Made by a program: the position numbers and the translations under genes. A stretch of 55,447 bases of DNA from a virus. Its lineage: Duplodnaviria > Caudoviricetes. The stretch is from IMG/VR virus record IMGVR_UViG_3300033150_000500, positions 1-55,447 of that record; one strand, given 5' to 3'. Positions 8,399 through 15,895 of this stretch are shown here, one piece after another; the first letter of the stretch is position 1; the number at the start of each line of letters is the position of its first letter. The notes beneath the pieces were generated by a model that did no database searches, was not told the DNA's origin, and saw only the letters and a program-made list of their open reading frames with translations.

Positions 8399-8726
8399 GA
8401 TTTTTGATTTTATGTAACTCTAATTTGTAAATTCCAGAAGCCTCAATCCAGATAGCATATATATGCCTTTTGCTTTTAGAAAAGTCCTTTTTTGTCGGTT
8501 GTACAGCATAAGCAAATCCATGTCCTGAAAATTTTACCATTGAAATAATACCGTAGCAAACAAGCGTATTATCATATTTATAATAAACCTTTACTTTATT
8601 TCCTTTTTTATATTCTGAAAATTTATCGGCATATTCCTTGCATTTTTTACTAATAGTTACACCGATATCTGATTGCATTGCCTCGAGCTTTAAAATCTCT
8701 TTTAATAATATTTCCTTTGTTTCCAT
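8385..8726 (-). CDS. Hypothetical protein (coiled coil plus SH3-like strands)
   Basis: ORF with AAACCTAAAATCATG leader. Confidence 0.65.
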   Translation of the reverse strand: METKEILLKEILKLEAMQSDIGVTISKKCKEYADKFSEYKKGNKVKVYYKYDNTLVCYGIISMVKFSGHGFAYAVQPTKKDFSKSKRHIYAIWIEASGIYKLELHKIKNHGRN

Positions 8727-8736
8727 GATTTTAGGT

Positions 8737-8883
8737 TTATACTAATTCAAATTTGGTTTTCACTCCATCTATCGTACAAGTGTAAACACCTTCCTTTTCT
8801 ATTATCGCGGTTGCAATTCCGAGCATCAGATTTGATAAGTGGTCTTGAAGTTCTGATGTACTTTTAATTTTAATTGTTTTCAT
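8737..8883 (-). CDS. 48-aa hypothetical protein (absent from the ORF track)
   Basis: MKTIKIKSTSELQDHL...KFELV; first ORF after promoter 8907-8938. Confidence 0.6.
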   Translation of the reverse strand: MKTIKIKSTSELQDHLSNLMLGIATAIIEKEGVYTCTIDGVKTKFELV

Positions 8884-8906
8884 GGTCTTAGGCTTTAATT
8901 ATGAAA

Positions 8907-8938
8907 CAAAGATATATCAAAAGGTGTTTAGAAACAAA
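8907..8938 (-). promoter_or_regulatory. Bacteroidota-type promoter
   Basis: TTTG (8935-8938) and TATCTTTG (8907-8914); flanked by 19-bp palindromes at 8926-8944 and 8961-8979. Confidence 0.75.
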
Positions 8939-8978
8939 CTAAATAAGGGATTTGGGCTTAATTTAAAATCAATCTAAA

Positions 8979-9578
8979 TTAATCAGCGTACTCCCATTTA
9001 AACCCGCCTGCTGTTTTTACCCTCCCCCTACAAGTGGACGATATGCCACTTTCAAATATACCGGTTTTTCTTTCTGCCTCTTTAATAGAATAATATTTTG
9101 CTACAAATGTTCCATTTTTCATTCTTTGAATAACAGCCCTGCATTGTTTTCGATTAATGCCATTTCTTATATTTGAGTAACTATTTTCAAGATTTTCCTT
9201 AAATGTAACTAATTGCAAATTACGTAATGTATATGGCCTATAATCATTTCTCCTATCACATGAGGGGATAAGCATTTTATTATATCCTGAACTTACCCAT
9301 TTGTCATATAGTTTCTTAAATTGAGGTTTTGATACTATCCAATTATATAACTTTTCTTTTGAATATGTTGGCGGGGGATGATTACGTAATTTAGAATTTG
9401 CAATTTGCTGTATATATATTTTTGTAGCAAGCCCCCATGGGGTTCTTTGAAATCTTAATAATTTTTCTCTACAACAATTAGCACATTCATAATTTAATTT
9501 GTCATTCGTATTCCTGTTTTTATAAAACTTAGAAACTGGCTTTTCTATCCCACACCTTGTACATACTTTTGTTTTCAT
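8979..9578 (-). CDS. Free-standing HNH-like homing endonuclease with C-terminal NUMOD1
   Basis: N-terminal CxxC..CxxC, PSCDRRNDYRPYTLRNL...EN nuclease-like motif, YSIKEAER.TG...I...C.G..KTAGGFKW NUMOD1. Confidence 0.75.
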   Translation of the reverse strand: MKTKVCTRCGIEKPVSKFYKNRNTNDKLNYECANCCREKLLRFQRTPWGLATKIYIQQIANSKLRNHPPPTYSKEKLYNWIVSKPQFKKLYDKWVSSGYNKMLIPSCDRRNDYRPYTLRNLQLVTFKENLENSYSNIRNGINRKQCRAVIQRMKNGTFVAKYYSIKEAERKTGIFESGISSTCRGRVKTAGGFKWEYAD

Positions 9579-9581
9579 TTT

Positions 9582-9674
9582 GTTTGGATTTAATAATGTT
9601 TGGAATGAAGAGTATGGGGCAACGGCTCCAAACTTACCGATGTCTGTGGGTAATTAATCCACATTAGCCCCATA
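9582..9674 (-). ncRNA. c4/CI-like antisense RNA with downstream target sites
   Basis: 8-bp closing stem 9613-9620/9667-9674, two inner hairpins; unpaired UAAUGU and GUUUGGA complementary to 9594-9604 and 9582-9588. Confidence 0.6.
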
Positions 9675-9705
9675 CAAATATACAATAATTATTTCAATAT
9701 ACAAA
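9675..9705 (-). promoter_or_regulatory. Bacteroidota-type promoter
   Basis: TTTG (9702-9705) and TATATTTG (9675-9682). Confidence 0.8.
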
Positions 9706-9715
9706 CTTTCTCTGT

Positions 9716-9748
9716 AAAAAACAGGAGGTGAAACCAAACACCCCCTGT
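9716..9748 (-). terminator. Intrinsic terminator
   Basis: Minus strand ACAGGGGGTG-loop-CACCTCCTGT followed by a T run. Confidence 0.75.
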
Positions 9749-9785
9749 CAAACCAAAACCTAAATCGCGCAATTAATGCGCCATG

Positions 9786-9809
9786 AAAAAACTGAGCAGA
9801 ACGCTCAGT
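9786..9809 (-). terminator. Hairpin plus U tract after the DUF5131-like gene
   Basis: ACTGAGC-GTTCT-GCTCAGT-TTTTT. Confidence 0.6.
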
Positions 9810-9817
9810 GCCTTAAA

Positions 9818-10468
9818 TTACTTTATTAATCGCTTTAAATTTTTCTTCTGTTTTACTATTGTAAACCTTTCAAGCTCGTTGATTAATTCCAAAATCTTTT
9901 CTTTAGATGGCTCCGGTAAATTATTCCCACCTGAATCAGCTCCGATATTTACTTGTACGGGTGAACATCCAGCGATTAGATTAACAAATTCCTGTAAATC
10001 AAAATCCATTATAGGCTCTATTGTGATATAAAGTGGCTGCCTTATTAATACCATTTCATTGAAACGGTCAAATGGTTTTGGGCTGTTTTGCATGATTTCA
10101 GGATAGTGCCTATTTGTTTCAACGGTAACACAAATATTTGTATTAAGCGGCATTATTCTGCGTATGTTTTTTGGGTTTTTAGTTTGGAATAAATACCTGT
10201 TTTCAAATTTATCACAATGGTTAATAGTATCAAAAATCCAATGCTCAGGAATTTTATCCGCAAACATATCACAGCTCGACCCAACAAAAATGAAGTTATC
10301 AGAACCCAAATCGGTTTTAAGCTCACTTTCATCAAACCTAACGGACGGTTGTTTTCCAAAACGTTTCATATAGCAATAGGAACAATCATGCGGACACGCC
10401 CCTTTAATCGTGTTCCAGGTATCCGTTATCCATGGATACATATTGCCTTTTGATTTATTTAGTCCCAT
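9818..10468 (-). CDS. Radical SAM protein, DUF5131 (phage Gp37/Gp68-like)
   Basis: TWN...GACPHDCSYCY CxxxCxxC motif, IFVGSSCDMF, FQTKNP, IEPI. Confidence 0.8.
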   Translation of the reverse strand: MGLNKSKGNMYPWITDTWNTIKGACPHDCSYCYMKRFGKQPSVRFDESELKTDLGSDNFIFVGSSCDMFADKIPEHWIFDTINHCDKFENRYLFQTKNPKNIRRIMPLNTNICVTVETNRHYPEIMQNSPKPFDRFNEMVLIRQPLYITIEPIMDFDLQEFVNLIAGCSPVQVNIGADSGGNNLPEPSKEKILELINELERFTIVKQKKNLKRLIK

Positions 10469-11109
10469 TATTTCAATAGCATTATAAATCCTACCTTTGC
10501 AAAATTAACATCTTCATATCTCATGTAACCTAACGATAAACCCCATCCTCTCCGGCTTTGAAACATCAGGCCAACGTCTATGGCTGTCCAGCTTGTCCAC
10601 TTTTGCAGGTCGTTACCTGCCATCAGATAGCCGTATAAATGATTCTTTTTTATTTCCTTGATCTTTTCAACTTCAACAATATGCTGTATGGTTTCCGATT
10701 TAGTATAAAGTTCGTAATTCGCAAACTGTATGCTTTTCAGGTAACCTTCAACTGTTAGCTTATAAGGCAATTTAAAATCAGGCGTTGTAAGGGTGTCCTC
10801 GTAGGTTCTGGAATAAACCTCTACCGTGTCGAAAACAAACTGACCTGTGAAGTCTGAGACCCTTTGATCGAAGATTTTATAAACAAGTACGGAATCCACT
10901 GCATGAAACTTTGTCTTTGTGATATAATACGGTATTTTAACGGTGTCGTATTTGATGATGGTTTCAGATTTGGCGTTAGCTAAATTGTTGTATTTCTTTT
11001 CGCAAGTTTCGAGTTTCGCACTTGTCTTTTTGTGGCTGCATTCTCGCATAACAGCTAATGCCATCATTCCGATGATCACAAATAAAAATAAGTAGTTTAT
11101 TATTTTCAT
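10468..11109 (-). CDS. Membrane-anchored periplasmic protein, spanin-like candidate
   Basis: N-terminal TM plus Cys, coiled coil, repeated DT/DS sequons, C-terminal amphipathic beta strands; in the lysis-like region. Confidence 0.45.
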   Translation of the reverse strand: MKIINYLFLFVIIGMMALAVMRECSHKKTSAKLETCEKKYNNLANAKSETIIKYDTVKIPYYITKTKFHAVDSVLVYKIFDQRVSDFTGQFVFDTVEVYSRTYEDTLTTPDFKLPYKLTVEGYLKSIQFANYELYTKSETIQHIVEVEKIKEIKKNHLYGYLMAGNDLQKWTSWTAIDVGLMFQSRRGWGLSLGYMRYEDVNFAKVGFIMLLK

Positions 11110-11121
11110 GGGTTTTAGTTT

Positions 11122-11463
11122 TTAGTTAATGCCTGTAAAATAATCATCTTGTGGATTTATCCATGCAAGTGTATCGTTTACATAATATTTATTCGTAGCT
11201 ATTTCCCTAAAAAATGTATCAGAATCAATAACTACTATTTTAACAGTTCTTATAAAATCAAGTCTGTATTTCCCATATACTGATGACATTGTGCGAGATG
11301 CAGAATCAAGTACAATTTCATTGCTCCAATCTGGCGGTGGTGAGACGGTATATAAACCCCACTCCTGCTCATCAATTACTGTATAATGGTTAATAATTCC
11401 ATATATGCCATACGTAAAACAAAATAATCCGATTAAAATAAGTGTTAAACTCATTGCTTTCAT
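11122..11463 (-). CDS. Membrane-anchored hypothetical protein
   Basis: N-terminal hydrophobic helix. Confidence 0.65.
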   Translation of the reverse strand: MKAMSLTLILIGLFCFTYGIYGIINHYTVIDEQEWGLYTVSPPPDWSNEIVLDSASRTMSSVYGKYRLDFIRTVKIVVIDSDTFFREIATNKYYVNDTLAWINPQDDYFTGIN

Positions 11464-11486
11464 GGTTCTAAGTTTTAGTTAAAATA

Positions 11487-11650
11487 ATGTCCATCGGGAA
11501 CGCCGCCGATTTCGGTCTTGCGTACATCCACACCCTTTAATGGGGGCTTGCTGTTTTTGAAAACGCCTGTACATAACGCTTTTAATAACTGGCTTGCGCG
11601 CGGCCATGCCATCTATTCATTATCAGCAAAAAAATTCTTTCAAAGGACAT
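11487..11650 (-). ncRNA. Candidate structured non-coding RNA, ~165 nt
   Basis: Own promoter, ends pair (AUGUCC/GGACAU), several GC-rich internal hairpins, no credible ORF. Confidence 0.55.
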
Positions 11651-11654
11651 ACTG

Positions 11655-11662
11655 CAAATATA
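11655..11662 (-). promoter_or_regulatory. Bacteroidota-type -7 element
   Basis: TATATTTG immediately before the RNA; palindrome at 11698-11716 upstream. Confidence 0.7.
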
Positions 11663-11715
11663 ATACATTTTCCCCGAATTGATACTTTTTGTCCTTAATT
11701 TATAATGAATCTAAG

Positions 11716-11946
11716 TTATTTTTTCAACTTATCTAATCCCATTTCGGTCATATTCTGGAATGTTTTTTGTCCAAGCGAGTAACCCAAAAGAATAATAACA
11801 GACGAGAAGACATCTCCAAACGCCACCCCATCACTAAACGCAGCGACAGTGATAAGCATAAAAGCAAGCATAGCAGCTATGAACGTCAACACTCTGCCTT
11901 GTGAAAATTTCCCTGAGCGATCGTAAAATATTTGTAGTATTTTCAT
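11716..11946 (-). CDS. Holin-like two-TM protein
   Basis: GKFSQGRV motif, two TM helices, basic C-terminus. Confidence 0.6.
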   Translation of the reverse strand: MKILQIFYDRSGKFSQGRVLTFIAAMLAFMLITVAAFSDGVAFGDVFSSVIILLGYSLGQKTFQNMTEMGLDKLKK

Positions 11947-12269
11947 TTCTTTGGAATTAATAGTTTATAAATTTCATTTGTTTGCTTGCGGATCTCGACA
12001 ATATCATCTTTGAGGTTTTCAAATTCCCTGATCTCGACTTTATTTTTCAGATCAGCTTGCACCCTGAGAATTACGCAGTCTTGCTTTTCGTTTTGGCTTA
12101 CCGTATATTCATCCTGTTCGATATTTTCCTGATCGACATATTCAACCGAAGCAGCCCCCTCTCGTTTTTCTTTGTTGGTTTCCCATATCGAAAAGGCCAT
12201 ATTCCCAATAACTACTAAGATGGCAGAGAATAACAAAACCAGCCATCCGTTTTTTAATTGCTTAATCAT
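11943..12269 (-). CDS. TM plus coiled-coil protein (lysis-region type)
   Basis: One TM then heptad repeats; start corrected to MIKQL by ATGA overlap. Confidence 0.6.
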   Translation of the reverse strand: MIKQLKNGWLVLLFSAILVVIGNMAFSIWETNKEKREGAASVEYVDQENIEQDEYTVSQNEKQDCVILRVQADLKNKVEIREFENLKDDIVEIRKQTNEIYKLLIPKK

Positions 12270-12604
12270 TTTATATATTTTTTTAAAAGGATTAATAGTA
12301 TCGCCAACATTACAAATAATATTCCACATGATAATAGGGGTTGGGTGTCTGTTATTGTAAAGAAGTAATCCGGTGGGTCAAACCGGAGCATCGAAAGTTC
12401 AAGTATTGCCATCATATAAAAGAACGCCGCTACGAGCAAATAAAGCACCCGGTAGTATCTACCATTTAAAAGTAAAGATAACGCCACAGAGCCAGCGAAA
12501 ACGTACTGAGTGGTGAAATAAACAACATTCCACACCTGGGAGCCATTCGACCAGAAGTCAAACAGCAAAATAAATACAGCGTATATGATTAAAATATATC
12601 TCAT
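12266..12604 (-). CDS. Four-TM membrane protein
   Basis: Four hydrophobic segments. Confidence 0.7.
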   Translation of the reverse strand: MRYILIIYAVFILLFDFWSNGSQVWNVVYFTTQYVFAGSVALSLLLNGRYYRVLYLLVAAFFYMMAILELSMLRFDPPDYFFTITDTQPLLSCGILFVMLAILLILLKKYIK

Positions 12605-12774
12605 TCCACTGGCGGATGCTTGCGTTTACACCAAGTATCTACGTTAATTCCTAAGATATTCAGAACCTCGTTATAAGATTCTACTTCGACCTGATCGTAA
12701 ATTAGTTCCATGACCTCATCCATGTCTTCAGGTGAGAGGTCTACGATTGCGTTTGCTATTTCTTGATTTGTCAT
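12601..12774 (-). CDS. 57-aa acidic protein ending KRKHPPVE (absent from the ORF track)
   Basis: MTNQEIANAIVDLSPEDMDEV...TWCKRKHPPVE; ATGA overlap with the 4-TM gene. Confidence 0.7.
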   Translation of the reverse strand: MTNQEIANAIVDLSPEDMDEVMELIYDQVEVESYNEVLNILGINVDTWCKRKHPPVE

Positions 12775-12778
12775 AATT

Positions 12779-13354
12779 TTAATGTTTAACTACGAATAAT
12801 GAAAGACTTTGAACAGTGAAAACATCTGCATCTGTATCAGAGGTTCCGTATATTTCTATGTAATCGTTGGTGGCAAGCTCGACAAGCCAATTCAATCCTG
12901 CCGACCTATCAACTGTTTGGGCTGTGTAAGTCTTAGTTTGATTACTTCCGGCGATTGGTGTCCCGTTTTCGGCTATTCTAAAATTCAAAACTTGTGCTGT
13001 TTCTCCGCTTTGAACTGTCAGATTGCAAACTACGGTAGCATGAATCGTAGTGGTTCCTGTATATGTCAGTCGTCCGTTTGATTCGGTAAAATAATTAAGG
13101 TGATCGCCTGTATAAGCCATTGCTCCTTCATATAGCTTTTCAAAGGTTCCGCCTGTTCCGATTGTTTGTATGCCGGGCGTAGAAATATAAGTCTGACCTC
13201 CTGCCTCGCCATTTATAATTATCCCTGTAACCATCAAATCACCTGTCACGCTTACATCAGGCGAAAACGTCCAGTTTCCATCTGATATATCCAAGTCCTG
13301 CGCTGCGCTGATTATCCCTGCCAGCAAAAGCACAATAAAGATTAGTTTTTTCAT
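12779..13354 (-). CDS. Fibre/spike-tip-like (C1q/BclA-like) protein with signal peptide
   Basis: Signal ending ISAA-Q; GRLTYTG and LVELATNDYIEIY jelly-roll pattern. Confidence 0.55.
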   Translation of the reverse strand: MKKLIFIVLLLAGIISAAQDLDISDGNWTFSPDVSVTGDLMVTGIIINGEAGGQTYISTPGIQTIGTGGTFEKLYEGAMAYTGDHLNYFTESNGRLTYTGTTTIHATVVCNLTVQSGETAQVLNFRIAENGTPIAGSNQTKTYTAQTVDRSAGLNWLVELATNDYIEIYGTSDTDADVFTVQSLSLFVVKH

Positions 13355-13358
13355 TTTC

Positions 13359-14411
13359 TTAATGTGTTACTTCAGTTAATTTGTAGCTCGCAACCCAGTA
13401 AACGGCATCACCGCCACTGGTTGCGTCTGATACCTCTACAGTCAGAAACTCCCCTGTATCGTCAGCCCTCGCGCGGCAATCAAAGTCAGCATCACTCTCA
13501 AATTGAGTGGTTACCGTTGAAAAATCTAAAGTGGTGTTGTTCGCTGCATCCCTCGAAATCCCACAATCAATTTTGTAATACCATTTTTTAGCGCAGTCCT
13601 CCGTTATTCCCACTACCCAGATAGTTACATTCCAAGCCGTTGAAGCTGCTATGGTTAGATCGGAGGCGTTAACCAATACCGATAATGGGAACCACGTAGC
13701 TGCTGAATGAGTTGTATCTGTCCCAACAACAACCGTTTCCGTCTGTGCATCTCCTGTGGCAACAAAACGTCCCCCAGCAATAGCCTGTGATGTTGGATGG
13801 TAGGTTTTAGAATAAAAACCAGATGCCGTACCAAAAACTTCAGTAGCTTCATTTAAATTTGAATTTAACTCCACGTAGCCAGCCAGTGCTATACCGCCAC
13901 TAAAATCCTCAATTATAAATCCGTCCCCTGTTGTTATAGATAGAAGTCCTGCGTGTCCATTGCTTGCCTCAAAGCTTATCCTCCCGCTATGGTTGTCAGC
14001 GTCACTACCTACCTTAATTACCTCTCTTGCAAAAATAGTATCTTCAGCAGTCACATTATCGCTTGCATTTATACTCCCAACAACATCCAATGCAGTTGCA
14101 GGGGTGGCTGTTCCAATACCGACATTGCCAGTATTATAATACAAATCAGTACCAGATTGAGTCCAGTAGCCAGCAGTCAAATCTACATAGTTGCCGTCAG
14201 TAATTACATCACTCATATCATGAGCGGTAGTATAGTAGCTTGTCACAAGATAAACATTGTCGTTACTCTGAACGGAAATCGTAGAATAGGCTGGTATTGC
14301 AATCGCAAAGTCTGTTGCAAGTGTTGGCATAGTCCATGAATTAGACTTTATTTGCCCGAATGTTACAACAGCTATCGCTATCGCAACAAAAAATAATAGT
14401 ATTTTTTTCAT
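13359..14411 (-). CDS. Tail-fibre-like protein with signal peptide
   Basis: Signal ending VTFG-Q; YWTQSGTDLYYNTGNVGIGTATPATALDVVG trimeric-fibre motif; beta-rich C-terminus. Confidence 0.6.
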   Translation of the reverse strand: MKKILLFFVAIAIAVVTFGQIKSNSWTMPTLATDFAIAIPAYSTISVQSNDNVYLVTSYYTTAHDMSDVITDGNYVDLTAGYWTQSGTDLYYNTGNVGIGTATPATALDVVGSINASDNVTAEDTIFAREVIKVGSDADNHSGRISFEASNGHAGLLSITTGDGFIIEDFSGGIALAGYVELNSNLNEATEVFGTASGFYSKTYHPTSQAIAGGRFVATGDAQTETVVVGTDTTHSAATWFPLSVLVNASDLTIAASTAWNVTIWVVGITEDCAKKWYYKIDCGISRDAANNTTLDFSTVTTQFESDADFDCRARADDTGEFLTVEVSDATSGGDAVYWVASYKLTEVTH

Positions 14412-14492
14412 ATCATTGATTATTTAAAAATTGTCATACCTAAGTAGCCCCAAACAAGGGCTATCAGAAATGACCAAACTTTCCTTTTTATA

Positions 14493-14870
14493 TTATAATT
14501 GTATCGAAACTTCGTGTCCGATAGCAAATGGCACAGCAAAAGTTACCACATTCCCAGCCCGTGTGTGTCCCCAAGACTGATACTGTCCATCAACGAAAAT
14601 CTTATAACCATTATTTAAAACTAACGTCCCCGTAGTGTCAAAAGCCGTTTGGTTTAAAGTGGTGGTGAAATCCATAGGGGCTGCACTATCAACAAATACA
14701 GCAATAGCCGGATTACCGTCATCATCCTCCACGATAATTAGTTTGATTAAGTCCTCAATGCTTAACTCGTCATTATCACAGTCAATATATGCGTTGCCGT
14801 CTGAGTCAACGGCAACCATCCTCAACAATGTTTCTACGTCAAGATTGTTGGCACAAGTTACATAAGCCAT
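14493..14870 (-). CDS. Putative virion protein with Cys/DxDGN repeats
   Basis: Two repeats then an IFVDGQ..VTF..P..G Ig-like end. Confidence 0.6.
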   Translation of the reverse strand: MAYVTCANNLDVETLLRMVAVDSDGNAYIDCDNDELSIEDLIKLIIVEDDDGNPAIAVFVDSAAPMDFTTTLNQTAFDTTGTLVLNNGYKIFVDGQYQSWGHTRAGNVVTFAVPFAIGHEVSIQL

Positions 14871-14872
14871 AG

Positions 14873-15256
14873 CTAAGTTATATTAGCAAGGTTAAAGGCT
14901 ACATTCCCGTCAGAATCATAAATAAATGTGTTCCTCGCAAACAGACCAATGCTTTCGTAGTCTGTACAGTCTGGAACGTCTTTCAGGGAAACACCATTAG
15001 CCCTGTCGGTAATTACTACCCGCAAGGCGGGCTTGTTGTCGTCAGCCATTTCAAGGGCTTGATGGAATAATTCCACGAAGTCGTCTTTTGTGTTACAAAC
15101 AATAACACCACTGTCACCAGCGGTCTTCGTCACAACACGAAAAGCGTACTGACCCGTTCCCAACAGAGCTATATTCATTACCTCTGCAAACAATGAAGCA
15201 AGCAAAGTAGGCATCCCAAACGAGTTGGTTGTGCAATCTATAAAGTTATCAGCCAT
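14873..15256 (-). CDS. Putative virion protein with three Cys/DxDGN-type repeats
   Basis: Repeats shared with 14493-14870. Confidence 0.6.
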   Translation of the reverse strand: MADNFIDCTTNSFGMPTLLASLFAEVMNIALLGTGQYAFRVVTKTAGDSGVIVCNTKDDFVELFHQALEMADDNKPALRVVITDRANGVSLKDVPDCTDYESIGLFARNTFIYDSDGNVAFNLANIT

Positions 15257-15268
15257 TTTTTACCTCCT

Positions 15269-15823
15269 TTAAACCATTGGGTTAGTAGTACGTGGCGGAG
15301 AAAATTTGCTCTCCCATTTAACTGTTCCCACAATTTTTTGAATAGACTTTTGTCCTCTTTCGATTTGATACTTCGCCTGAAGTGTACATTCGATTCCGGG
15401 GTTGCCACCAAAAAGAGCCTCGTTGGCAGAAAACCAAGAGTCAACAACAAGGTTGCATTCCAGCCACCGCATCAGTTCGTAGTTGTCGTCACTTACGTCA
15501 TCTATCTCAAAATTGATAACAAATGAAGCGGGCGACTGAATCTTACGACCCAAAGAAATTTCTATTTCTTCTGTTTCGGCAGGCGGCAAGTCAGCAATGA
15601 CCACCAGATCAATGATGGCGTCGGTGTCCGTTGCCGGGTCAAGAGCCTTACGGTCATTCCATACAGCAAGACTTTCCCAATCTAAAAGATCAGACCCATC
15701 ACGGGCTTTCAGGTAGATGTGATCTATCTCACCGAACAACACGTTAGGATCACAAAAATCAAAATCAACGTCCACTAAGTAGCTATCGCAGCCAGTAGGA
15801 CAAGTTGGATTGTTTAAACTCAT
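15269..15823 (-). CDS. Probable major tail (tube) protein
   Basis: 184 aa, acidic, beta-strand pattern with a loop (PPAETEEIEISLGRK) and final strand (IVGTVKW) typical of tube folds; long AT-rich leader; no other tube candidate. Confidence 0.45.
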   Translation of the reverse strand: MSLNNPTCPTGCDSYLVDVDFDFCDPNVLFGEIDHIYLKARDGSDLLDWESLAVWNDRKALDPATDTDAIIDLVVIADLPPAETEEIEISLGRKIQSPASFVINFEIDDVSDDNYELMRWLECNLVVDSWFSANEALFGGNPGIECTLQAKYQIERGQKSIQKIVGTVKWESKFSPPRTTNPMV

Positions 15824-15895
15824 AATTAATTAATTTTAAAAATTTTATACAATATTATACTAAAAAGTTAGTCAAAAAAATAACAATAAATAAAT

